DNA from: Leptospiraceae bacterium
GTDB taxonomy: Bacteria; Spirochaetota; Leptospiria; Leptospirales; Leptonemataceae
DNA length: 64,000 nt
Direction: 5' to 3'
Assembly (NCBI GenBank): GCA_040217195.1
Contig: JAVJNR010000002.1
Span: 448,001-512,000, forward strand
Shown here piece by piece: positions 44,892-54,045 of this stretch (the first letter of the stretch is position 1; each line of letters opens with the position of its first letter). The position numbers and the translations under genes were made by a program. Below the pieces are notes generated by a model. It made no database searches. It had not been told where the DNA came from and saw only the letters and a list, made by a program, of their open reading frames with translations.

Positions 44892-44921
44892 TCCCTCCAA
44901 TCTTTATTCAGGAGATTTACT

Positions 44922-45914
44922 TTGAGTCCCAAACATCTGCTAAGAGGCTTCAAAAGACCACGCCAGATCGAGTTTACTACCGATGCTGAACAGCCAGGAT
45001 ACGGTCGCTTTATTGCGGAGCCGTTTGAGCGTGGCTTTGGAACCACTATCGCCAATTCACTGAGGCGAACTCTAATGTCTTCGATAGAAGGTACAGCGAT
45101 TACAGCTGTACGTATTGAAGGTGTGCCTCATGAATTCTCTACAATTGAAGGCGTCGTAGAGGACGTTACCCGCATTATCCTTAACTTGAAGCAGGTTCGA
45201 GCTACATATGAAGCTGAGAACCGCGATGAGCCACGTGTCATTCATATTGAGAAGAGGGGGGCAGGAGTCCTTCGAGCCTCCGATCTTGCCGTGGACTCGT
45301 CCATTCAAATATTGAATCCGGATCTGCACATTGCTACGCTGAATGAAGATGCGAACCTGGTTATGGATCTTCAGTTCGAGCGTGGACGAGGTTATTTGCC
45401 TTCAGAAATACTTAAGAAGAATATCGATGAGATAGGCACCATTCCGGTGGATGCACTGTTCTCTCCGGTAAAGCGAGTAAACTTTCAGATCGCAGAAACC
45501 CGTGTAGGTCAGCGAACTGACTATGAAAAAATGATTCTGGAAGTATGGACCGATGGTTCCATAGCTCCCGAGGATGCCGTAGCTCAGGCTGCCAAAATTC
45601 TCAAAGAGCACCTGACGGTATTCATCAACTTTGATGAAGAACCGGAGGAAGAAGACGACGAACCAGATGAATTGGAAGAAACGCTTCGCCAGAACCTGGA
45701 GAAGCACATCGAAGAACTGGAAGTGTCAGTGCGCACACTCAGCATGCTGAAAAGCTTAGAAATTGAGTATGTTGCAGATGTTGTACGTCGTACCGAGGAA
45801 GAATTCCAGAAGTCCCGACATTTCTCCTCTCAGTGTGTAGAGGAAGTGCGTCAGAAACTGGCTGAGATGAACCTTGAGTTCGGGATGCGGGATTTCTTCG
45901 CTACCAGAGACTGA
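44922..45914 (+). CDS. rpoA: RNA polymerase alpha subunit (TTG start)
   Basis: [33 protein letters not shown]. Confidence 0.98.
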   Translation: MSPKHLLRGFKRPRQIEFTTDAEQPGYGRFIAEPFERGFGTTIANSLRRTLMSSIEGTAITAVRIEGVPHEFSTIEGVVEDVTRIILNLKQVRATYEAENRDEPRVIHIEKRGAGVLRASDLAVDSSIQILNPDLHIATLNEDANLVMDLQFERGRGYLPSEILKKNIDEIGTIPVDALFSPVKRVNFQIAETRVGQRTDYEKMILEVWTDGSIAPEDAVAQAAKILKEHLTVFINFDEEPEEEDDEPDELEETLRQNLEKHIEELEVSVRTLSMLKSLEIEYVADVVRRTEEEFQKSRHFSSQCVEEVRQKLAEMNLEFGMRDFFATRD

Positions 45915-45958
45915 TGAAGATTGGCCTCTCTATTGGGGGGCATTAGAGAAGCGATATT

Positions 45959-46516
45959 ATGAGAAAGAGAAACAGTGTAAAACAGTTGAATCGAGTTACT
46001 TCGCACCGTCATGCGATGATGCGAAACATGGTAACCAGTCTTTTCGATCATGAGCGAATCATCACTACCAGGGCTCGTGCTAAAGCCTTGCGTCCGTACA
46101 CTGAAAAGCTGATCACCAGAGCGCGAAAGAACCTGGATCCGGCCACCAATGATCATGCGAAGCTTCATAATAAGCGTGAAATAATGAAAATTGTTCGCGA
46201 TCGAGACATCGTGAAAAAGCTGTTTGAAGACATCGCAGAACGCTTTAAAGAGCGCCCGGGTGGATACACTCGAATCATCCATCTTCCGGAGCGTGCTTCG
46301 GACAGTGCTCAGATGAGCATCATCGAACTGGTTGAGCGGAAAGAACGACCTCGCCGAGAACGTAGAGCCCGTGCCACAGCCGTTGCCGGGGATGCACCTG
46401 CGGCTACTCAGGACTCGCCCAAAAAGTCCGGCGTTCCGCAAAGAGAGAAGAAATGGTTCAGTCGATTCCGCAAAGATAAAGAGGAAGGCGGAGAAGAAGA
46501 AAGCTCCGAGAGCTGA
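45959..46516 (+). CDS. rplQ: 50S ribosomal protein L17 with charged C-terminal extension
   Basis: HR.AM.RN....L..HE.I.TT, RPGGYTRI. Confidence 0.97.
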   Translation: MRKRNSVKQLNRVTSHRHAMMRNMVTSLFDHERIITTRARAKALRPYTEKLITRARKNLDPATNDHAKLHNKREIMKIVRDRDIVKKLFEDIAERFKERPGGYTRIIHLPERASDSAQMSIIELVERKERPRRERRARATAVAGDAPAATQDSPKKSGVPQREKKWFSRFRKDKEEGGEEESSES

Positions 46517-46567
46517 TTCTGCTGATACAGCCTCGGGACGTCCATGATGGGACATCCTTGCTAAAGT

Positions 46568-46596
46568 GAAGCCGGCCTGAGAGGGTCGGCTTTTTT
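46568..46596 (+). terminator. intrinsic terminator of alpha operon
   Basis: AAGCCGGCCT-GAGA-GGGTCGGCTT then T-run. Confidence 0.85.
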
Positions 46597-46626
46597 CGTA
46601 ATCGGGAAGGTTAGTCCAGTAGCTGA

Positions 46627-47421
46627 TTATCGGAGGGGTTGAGCCGGTGGCGCAGGGCAGCTGTCCAGCATGTATCCTATAATTCTATTTATTCGCTTAC
46701 TCGAATAGAAAGGTGGATTCGTTCCATTATCTGCCATCGAATACTTGCTGGGAGAGTCCCAGAGGTGAGGCACGAATCCAAACAGAAGTGAAAACCGGTA
46801 CCAAATGTCGATTGCAAGGCTTCTTTCGCAAAAAACCGGACCGGTGCCCTGTTGAAGCTTCAATTGAATATTCATACGGTTTGTCACAGAACGAGCCGGG
46901 AAAAGTCCCAGGGTCACCGCACCGGCCAGTCCCTGGATTACAAAAGGATGAAATTCACCCTCTGGCAGCATGCTTACCGTAGATAGGTCCACTTCTAATA
47001 TTAGGTCTGGAGCTGCCCCGGTCTCTTCCTGGAACCGGCTTTGGACGTCCGGGCCAGTGTCCCATTCGCTTTCAACGGACCTGCCTGTATATAAGGTAAC
47101 CCTTGTCTGGCCATCGGTGTACTCTCCTACTTCTTCACCGGTTCCCCAGGCATAGAGCGTTGCATCGATCCTAACAGAATGCTTCTTGAATTCTTCCCCG
47201 GGCTGGTGTTCGGAAAGATCCTCGAGTGAAAATTCCTGAAAGCGGGCATCACTTACTTTGTAAGGCGGAGCGGATACTGGATGCAATGCTGGTCCCCGGG
47301 CACCGCCCACAAATAGGGTTCCCGTGTATCGATCAGGTGCATCAGCCAGGAAGGATATGCAATGGATAGTTGGAAAAGAAAGAAGAGCGATGAGCAAAGC
47401 AGGCCGAATTGTCCATTTCAT
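46627..47421 (-). CDS. putative lipoprotein
   Basis: spirochete-type signal peptide ending ...TIHC; VTLGLFPA segment. Confidence 0.6.
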   Translation of the reverse strand: MKWTIRPALLIALLSFPTIHCISFLADAPDRYTGTLFVGGARGPALHPVSAPPYKVSDARFQEFSLEDLSEHQPGEEFKKHSVRIDATLYAWGTGEEVGEYTDGQTRVTLYTGRSVESEWDTGPDVQSRFQEETGAAPDLILEVDLSTVSMLPEGEFHPFVIQGLAGAVTLGLFPARSVTNRMNIQLKLQQGTGPVFCERSLAIDIWYRFSLLFGFVPHLWDSPSKYSMADNGTNPPFYSSKRINRIIGYMLDSCPAPPAQPLR

Positions 47422-47534
47422 TCAAGCGATTGTATCATAAATAGTATTTATGAAAACCTATTTTTATTGGATCTTGCGGACCTATTCTGCTGCCGTGATC
47501 GGAAAAGGCAGTAGGGTTCTGAAACTGCCCGGTC

Positions 47535-47954
47535 CTAAATATAGTACATCAGTCCTTCTTCTGCTTCCTGGTTTTTTCTTACAAACTCCGTGAGCGGGAT
47601 TTCGAGGATGTGCCGAATCTTGCTGTCCAGTTCGTTCCAGAAAACCCCCTGCCGCCCCTCTCGAAGGTCTGCATCTTTCTCCAGCACAGAAAGATCGCCT
47701 TCCAGGGCATTCAGGATTTCGTAAACCGTAATTGTATCCGGCTCCCGCGCAAGACGGTAGCCCCCTTCTGAACCTCGAACACTGTGCACCAGCCGCCGCT
47801 TCTTCAGGGTGTTAATGATTTGTTCCAGGTATTTCACCGGAATGCTTTGTTTTTCTGCAATTTCACGGGTTTTTAACAACCGAGCTCTGGCCTCTGGCTC
47901 GCAGAGGGTCATCATAGCTTTCAATCCATATCTGCCTTTACTTGTGATCTTCAC
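47535..47954 (-). CDS. Rrf2 family regulator, CymR-like
   Basis: MKITSKGRYGL, YLEQI, SVRG.EGGY.LA; no Fe-S Cys triad; C-terminal MYYI. Confidence 0.9.
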   Translation of the reverse strand: MKITSKGRYGLKAMMTLCEPEARARLLKTREIAEKQSIPVKYLEQIINTLKKRRLVHSVRGSEGGYRLAREPDTITVYEILNALEGDLSVLEKDADLREGRQGVFWNELDSKIRHILEIPLTEFVRKNQEAEEGLMYYI

Positions 47955-48045
47955 TTCGATGCCCTTCTCCGTAGGATGATTACATTTTTTTTGCTGTCCC
48001 TCTTGCTTTCCAATGTATTTTCGTTAAATTCTGGCGGATTGTCCT

Positions 48046-48936
48046 GTGAACCATGAATTTGAAATCCATGCACCGAGAATATCGGAAGAGGAACTGGAAG
48101 CCATAATCCGCAGGCGTCTGGCCAGTCGAAATCTGGACCCGGCGGAAGTGGAGCGAGTGGAGAGTCTTAGCTTTTCCCCTCTATCTGGCACCGGGATGAA
48201 GGGCTTTGACCCGGCGGAAACCGCCGACCTGTTCGAAAGGTCCGCCACAGTCCCCAATTTTCGTTCCGGCAAATTCAGATGGTTGAAAGGTCCCCTGGCC
48301 GGTCTGGCTCGATGGATATATCGCCTGTTTTCTGCTCTGGTGGACAAACTTTCCGAGCACAAAATCGAGGCATTTTATAACGTAATCGGTGAGCTGATAT
48401 TCCTGCGAAGACAGGTCAGCGATTTGCAGGCTAGATTGGGAGGCGATTCCACCGCCTATCAGAGATCAGATGATCTCTACGTTGCACCTCCTACACATCA
48501 TGGCCTGGAGCTGGAACGGGATCCACTGTACGCCGATTGCCGCTCACTGCTTCAATTACTGGAAGAACAAAGCCTGACAGCTCCACTATCGATTATCGAT
48601 GATGCGGGCGGATATATGCAAATGGCTGCTTCGAGCAGCGGCCTGGAAAGCGATAGCATTGCCTCCATGGATTTGATTTTTCAGGATTCATTCTATCTTC
48701 GTCCGGGAAGCGTTGTTGCCATCCCATCTTTTCAAAATCTGCGATGCAGTCCTGCTTATTTGATCTCTGCCCTCCGTCGATTTGCAGGCCAGAATTCCTA
48801 TCTATTAATAGGCACTGATCTGGCTACATCGGAATATCTTGAATCGCTGAAATCTGTATGTCTGGCCAGGGGCTATGAACTTCTAAGTCAAAAGAAGGAT
48901 TCCGATCGACAGGGCTTTCTCTTTATTCTGCGATAA
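48046..48936 (+). CDS. hypothetical protein (resembles Leptospira LIC_10202-type proteins found next to glycosyltransferases)
   Basis: FDPAETA.LFE....P.F....F.W.KGPL pattern recalled from memory; coupled (TAATG) to the GT4 gene. Confidence 0.6.
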   Translation: MNHEFEIHAPRISEEELEAIIRRRLASRNLDPAEVERVESLSFSPLSGTGMKGFDPAETADLFERSATVPNFRSGKFRWLKGPLAGLARWIYRLFSALVDKLSEHKIEAFYNVIGELIFLRRQVSDLQARLGGDSTAYQRSDDLYVAPPTHHGLELERDPLYADCRSLLQLLEEQSLTAPLSIIDDAGGYMQMAASSSGLESDSIASMDLIFQDSFYLRPGSVVAIPSFQNLRCSPAYLISALRRFAGQNSYLLIGTDLATSEYLESLKSVCLARGYELLSQKKDSDRQGFLFILR

Positions 48937-50099
48937 TGGCCCGCCTACTTCAACTCAGTCCAGGAGTGGCACCATACGATGCCACCCTTTCTCTGATGCT
49001 CGGTATAGTTCGTATCTTTCGCCGACAGGGGCATTACAGACATTTCGACCTGGCAGCCAGGCACGTTCCCTCTGGATTTAGAATCCGGGGTCATGGAGTG
49101 AGCAGAAACAGAGTTCAATCATTGGATGACCTGGATCTAAAAAAATATTCTTCTGAAGATTTGCTCATTTATCATCATGGAATTGCCAGCGATGCGGAAG
49201 GGATTATTCGACAATTTCCAGGTAATCGATTTATAGTATATCATGGGCTTACTCCGGCCAGTTTTTACCTTCCTTACAACCTAACCGTTGCCGGTCGCCT
49301 GGAAAGAGGCCGCCGGGAATTGCAACGCCTGGCCTCTGCTTTCGAAAGAGCCTATTGCTTTTCCCGAGTTACGGAGTCGGATCTTAGAGAGTCCGGATAT
49401 TTAAATATTCGCAAAGTTGACCCACCGCTGCAGGATGTGTGGTCCAATGTTCAGACAAGTAGCGACAGGGCCGAGGGGCAGCCACCTCTTTACGAAAATC
49501 AACGAAATCATTCGGAGCATCCCAGATCCAATTTCAATCCTGTGATCCTTTCAGTGGGTCGGATTGTTCCCAATAAGAATCATGAACCATTGATTCGAAT
49601 GATGGCCTATTTACGAAATTTGCATCCTTCTGCGCGACTCATTCTGGCCGGCGAGCTCCGGCCGGGGTTGGAGCACTATCACCGCCATTTGAAAGATCTG
49701 ATTCGCACACTGAAGCTGGAAGAGAATGTTGAATTAACCGGTCTTGTCGATGCGGCCTCTCTGGAAAAACTCTGGCACAGATCCAATCAGTATATCTGCA
49801 GTTCTTTGCATGAAGGATATTGTATTCCTCTGGTGGAAGCAATGGTGCGAAATCTGCCCGTACTCTATCTCAAATACTCCGGATCCGCGGCGGCTGAAAC
49901 CATGGACGGCGCTGGAATAGGTGTTTCAACGCTGGATCCGTCTTTTCTTGCAGAGTTGGTTTCTGAATTGCATACAAATGAAACACTATACGATTCAATA
50001 GTTAAAACTCAGCATCAGCGTTTGCAGCAGCTACGTCCAATGGAACTGGCTCAGGATATTCTGAATCAGATGGCCCTGGTGGGAGGAGTAGATGATTGA
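48936..50099 (+). CDS. glycosyltransferase family 4 (GT-B)
   Basis: VGRIVPNKN, S.HEGYCIPLVEAM. Confidence 0.9.
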   Translation: MARLLQLSPGVAPYDATLSLMLGIVRIFRRQGHYRHFDLAARHVPSGFRIRGHGVSRNRVQSLDDLDLKKYSSEDLLIYHHGIASDAEGIIRQFPGNRFIVYHGLTPASFYLPYNLTVAGRLERGRRELQRLASAFERAYCFSRVTESDLRESGYLNIRKVDPPLQDVWSNVQTSSDRAEGQPPLYENQRNHSEHPRSNFNPVILSVGRIVPNKNHEPLIRMMAYLRNLHPSARLILAGELRPGLEHYHRHLKDLIRTLKLEENVELTGLVDAASLEKLWHRSNQYICSSLHEGYCIPLVEAMVRNLPVLYLKYSGSAAAETMDGAGIGVSTLDPSFLAELVSELHTNETLYDSIVKTQHQRLQQLRPMELAQDILNQMALVGGVDD

Positions 50100-50754
50100 A
50101 CAACAGGTAGAAGAGATTATCGCCTATGTGCTCACCCTGCCCACTGTAGGGATGTACTGGTTTCTATTCGTAAGCACAATTATTGAAAATGTTTTTCCTC
50201 CCTGGCCGGGTGATACGATGATTGTCCTTGCTGGATTCCTGATGGCTCACGATGCAGTGGATCCGATCGAAGTTTCGCTGGTTACCCTGGCCGGGAATAT
50301 GGTGGGAGCCTACATAATGTACTTCGCAGGGGAGGGCCTTCTTGCGCTGGCACGCAGGTACCATGCGAAAATCTCCTGGGCCTGGGCTAGACGTCAAATT
50401 GAAGAGCTGATTTCCCCTGAATCCATGGACCGCACCGCCCACTGGTTTAGAAAATGGGGACTATGGTTTGTTCTATTTTCGCGCTTTTCTGCCGGAATTC
50501 GTTTCTTTGTTAGCATCATTGCTGGAATTTCGCGCACCAATCTGTTACTATTCTCGCTTTCCTTTGCAATTGGAGTTCTGATCTGGAACTCTCTTCTGCT
50601 CTATGGCGGGTATGCACTTGGCGAAAACTGGAGGCAGATTCTGGACTGGCTTCGAGTTTATAACATAGTGGTTATTTCACTGATGGTTGTTGTAGTGCTG
50701 GGATATCTTTATTATCGTTTTAAGAAAAATTCAATCAGTCCTACGGATATATAG
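50092..50754 (+). CDS. DedA family membrane protein
   Basis: ENVFPPWPGD, F.KWG...V..SRF..GIR. Confidence 0.92.
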   Translation: MIEQQVEEIIAYVLTLPTVGMYWFLFVSTIIENVFPPWPGDTMIVLAGFLMAHDAVDPIEVSLVTLAGNMVGAYIMYFAGEGLLALARRYHAKISWAWARRQIEELISPESMDRTAHWFRKWGLWFVLFSRFSAGIRFFVSIIAGISRTNLLLFSLSFAIGVLIWNSLLLYGGYALGENWRQILDWLRVYNIVVISLMVVVVLGYLYYRFKKNSISPTDI

Positions 50755-50985
50755 CGCGCATAGCCCAGACGATGGAAATCCACAGACGTGCAGGCTGGAG
50801 TATGCCGGCGCAATACCGTTCAACTATGTGTAGGCTCAAGATATAAAGAATGGCCAATATAGTGGGGATATCATTCCAGAAATTCCTGCGGCCGGGTAAC
50901 GCAGAACGAATCGTCAATGGCAATGAACCGTATTGGATCGGTTGGATATCGGGAACACTACTATTTCCAGGAGGTTAGCTCTACA

Positions 50986-51729
50986 ATGACGGATTCTCAG
51001 CTGATGATCCAGGCCGCTGCAAAGGCCCGCTCGGTCGCTGTTATAACAGGAGCCGGCATGTCTCGAGAGAGTGGAATCCCGACATTTCGGGGACAGGATG
51101 GTCTATGGAAAAATTTTCGTCCGGAAGAGTTGGCCAGTCCGGATGCCTTTAATCGCGATCCGCTGCTGGTCTGGGAATGGTACGAATGGAGAAGACAGAT
51201 CGTTCTGAAAGCGAAGCCTCATGAAGGTCACCATGTGGTGGCTCAGATGGAAGATCATTACCCAGAATTTTTGCTCATTACTCAGAATGTGGACGGCCTG
51301 CATCCTCGGGCTGGAAATGAAAAGTTGATAGAGATCCACGGCTCCATAAATCGAGCTCGTTGCACTCGTTGCCAGGTCCGTTTTGAACTTGATCTGCAAA
51401 CCCTTCGGGATCTGCCGTTGAAATGCAAATGCGGCGGACTTGCCAGACCGGATGTAGTCTGGTTTGGAGAATCCTATGATTCTTCCTTGCTTTCTGCCAG
51501 CATGGATTTTCTGTCCACGGCCGACATGGTATGGGTCATTGGCAGTTCGGGAATGGTTTCCGTACCTGTGTATCTGGCAGCTCAGGCCCGAGATAGCGGC
51601 GCCTTTCTTGTGGATCTCAATCCGGAAGAGGCGGAATTTTCTCGTTACTGTGACGTAAAGATCAGAGCCAAAGCCGGGGAATTTCTACCTCAGTTCTGGC
51701 AAGCGCTACTGGCAGCAAAGAGCGAATGA
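50986..51729 (+). CDS. cobB: NAD-dependent protein deacylase, class III sirtuin
   Basis: GAGMSRESGIPTFRG, TQNVDGLH, HGS, CxxC..CxC, RPDVVWFGE; SD AGGAGGT before ATG 50986. Confidence 0.93.
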   Translation: MTDSQLMIQAAAKARSVAVITGAGMSRESGIPTFRGQDGLWKNFRPEELASPDAFNRDPLLVWEWYEWRRQIVLKAKPHEGHHVVAQMEDHYPEFLLITQNVDGLHPRAGNEKLIEIHGSINRARCTRCQVRFELDLQTLRDLPLKCKCGGLARPDVVWFGESYDSSLLSASMDFLSTADMVWVIGSSGMVSVPVYLAAQARDSGAFLVDLNPEEAEFSRYCDVKIRAKAGEFLPQFWQALLAAKSE

Positions 51730-51780
51730 GATTGACAGCGAATGTATGATTGAGCCCTTTGCGATGCATACATTCGGTTC

Positions 51781-51853
<73 letters not shown>

Positions 51854-51854
<1 letters not shown>

Positions 51855-52245
51855 CATCTCCATGACAGCTTTCTTATTTGTGGTGCGGGGCCAGTCCTCG
51901 CCCAACGCGCGACCCCTCCATGGGTCGAGCGTTGGGATTGGGACTTCCTGTCCCGTTCTCGGACAGGCCCCGCACCACTTCAAGTAAGGACCTGTTCGAT
52001 GTGAGGGGGTTGGAGGAAAGCCTTCGGCTTTCCTATATGGAACGTAATCCCTCCATGGATCGAGCAAACGGATTGCAATCTAGCCGGGGGGCAACCTGAG
52101 GTTGCCCTTTTGATTACTCTCGCCTTTCAGTTGAGCCTGTTGCATTCTCAGGCACGTGCCGCGCCCCTCAAAATTGAGGACCTTCGATGTGGCGACCGGA
52201 AGTACATCTCCATGACAGCTTTCTTATTTGTGGTGCGGGCCCAGT
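51854..52245 (+). repeat. 42-bp direct repeat (51854-51895 and 52204-52245, 41/42 identical) bounding a structured non-coding element
   Basis: ACATCTCCATGACAGCTTTCTTATTTGTGGTGCGGG[G/C]CCAGT occurs twice, 350 bp apart. Confidence 0.9.
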
Positions 52246-52315
52246 TCGATGTGGTGGGCTTGCCGGGGTGACAAAATCTAATTTACCTTCCTCTGCATCC
52301 CGGGATCATGGGCTC

Positions 52316-53581
52316 ATGACGCAGCGTAGCAAAATCCTTGCTTATTCGGGAGCCCTGTTCGCTCTCATTGGGGCAATCATAAGCGCCATTCTGGTGGCCA
52401 AGCATTCCTTTCCAGACCTGATCCAATCCTCTGTTGGTTGTGACATAGATGGCACCGATGCCTGTAAGGCTCTGGGGCAGACCGAGTATGCTCATGTTTT
52501 TGGCGTTCCCATAGCTGCCTTTGGTTTCTTCTTCTATATTCTGGTTCTGGTGAGCTTCATTCGAATCACATTTATGCATCATCCAGGGAAGATCCTGGGT
52601 TTGATCGTATTTCTTGGTGCAGTAGGCATCTTTGTGGATCTGGTTCTCGGTGTGATAAACCTGGGCATTCTGGAGAAACCCTGTATTCTATGTATTTATA
52701 CTTATCTTACAACGGCTGGAGTGATGATTATGGCTGCCATGCTATTTAGAAGTGAAGTGAAGAGTAATAAAGTTAAACCAAGCGCTGCCATTGACTGGCC
52801 TGCCCTGGCCATTCATTCCATAATCGCACTGGTGATTTCGCTGGGGCTTTACGGATGCTATTCTTTGATTAATCCTTCCAGTGTAACGCCGGCCGGCGGT
52901 CTTCCTCTAATCCCCACCGAGCAAGTGGACCAGATAGTGGCGGATTTTGAAACCCTGCCGGAAGCGAAGCTTTCTACAGATGGTCTAAAGACCGTGGATG
53001 GTGCAGAAAACGCCTACATTGTGATTCAGGAGTTTGCAGACTTTCTCTGCCCTCATTGTCGCCACACTACAGAAATGGTTACGAAACTCAAGGAGCGATG
53101 GCCAGGTAGAATTAAGGTTTATTATCGCCAATTCCCACTCGATGGTACTTGCAATCCTATGATCCAGGGTGTGCGAAAGCCTCTGGGGGACTGGCGATGC
53201 AACGCTGCCCAGGCTACTGTTTGTGCCGGTGGTTCAGAGAATTTCGGAAAATTCTATCATGATGTTTTTGCATTGCAGGAAAACAATCCGCCGGTAATGA
53301 CCCCTGAAACAATTCGCCCAATCGCAGAGAAGCATGGTCTGAACTGGGATGAGATATATCAATGTATGGGTTCTGCGCGGAGCCAACAGCTGATCAATGC
53401 AGACGTACAGGCCGGAAAGTCCATACAGATTAATTCTACTCCTCTTGTAATTCTTAATGACCGTATTCTCAGTCGGGGATCTCCGCATGAGCAATTTCTA
53501 TTTCACCTGGTGGATGCACTGGTGTATAAAAAAGAAGGTGAGGCCGCTTTTAAAGAACTGAATGAAAGGTCTCGAAATTAA
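52316..53581 (+). CDS. VKOR-DsbA fusion thiol:disulfide oxidoreductase
   Basis: loop Cys pair (GCD....AC), TM CILC, thioredoxin CPHC, cis-Pro STP; ATG 52316 preferred. Confidence 0.9.
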   Translation: MTQRSKILAYSGALFALIGAIISAILVAKHSFPDLIQSSVGCDIDGTDACKALGQTEYAHVFGVPIAAFGFFFYILVLVSFIRITFMHHPGKILGLIVFLGAVGIFVDLVLGVINLGILEKPCILCIYTYLTTAGVMIMAAMLFRSEVKSNKVKPSAAIDWPALAIHSIIALVISLGLYGCYSLINPSSVTPAGGLPLIPTEQVDQIVADFETLPEAKLSTDGLKTVDGAENAYIVIQEFADFLCPHCRHTTEMVTKLKERWPGRIKVYYRQFPLDGTCNPMIQGVRKPLGDWRCNAAQATVCAGGSENFGKFYHDVFALQENNPPVMTPETIRPIAEKHGLNWDEIYQCMGSARSQQLINADVQAGKSIQINSTPLVILNDRILSRGSPHEQFLFHLVDALVYKKEGEAAFKELNERSRN

Positions 53582-54045
53582 TGGAGTCTCTGGAAGGAAA
53601 GCTAAACGGCGCCGGGCAGAGACATGCTATCGTCGTTTCCCATTGGAATGAGTTTATTACAGATAGACTGAAAGATGGGGCTCTGGCTGCATTGCGAAAG
53701 CACGATGTTTCGGATAGCTCCATCACCGTCGTGGGTGTGCCGGGAGCCTTTGAGCTCGGCTCAGTGGCCAGGAAAATGGCTCTTACGGGCAGATATGATG
53801 CCATTACCTGTCTGGGAGCGGTGATTCGGGGTGCCACAGACCACTACGATTATGTTTGCGGCCAGGCGGCTCGATTAATTGCACAGGTTTTTTACGACAC
53901 AGGTGTGCCCACCGTCTTTGGAGTAGTTACCACAGATACCATTGAGCAGGCCATTGAACGGGCCGGCACCAAGGCCGGGAATAAAGGTTATGAATCCGCA
54001 GTGGCTGCTGTGGAATTGGCCTCTCTGAGCCAGCAGATCCAGTGA
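53581..54045 (+). CDS. ribH: 6,7-dimethyl-8-ribityllumazine synthase
   Basis: VPGAFEL, LGAVIRGAT.HYDYVC, EQAIERAGTKAGNKG. Confidence 0.98.
   Translation: MESLEGKLNGAGQRHAIVVSHWNEFITDRLKDGALAALRKHDVSDSSITVVGVPGAFELGSVARKMALTGRYDAITCLGAVIRGATDHYDYVCGQAARLIAQVFYDTGVPTVFGVVTTDTIEQAIERAGTKAGNKGYESAVAAVELASLSQQIQ

Noticed and set aside
50741..50923. 60-aa hydrophobic minus-strand ORF
   Set aside because: TTG start without SD and opposite to the operon direction; cannot be supported
52187..52315. N-terminal extension of the VKOR ORF from ATG 52187
   Set aside because: It runs through the non-coding repeat; ATG 52316 directly precedes the first TM helix
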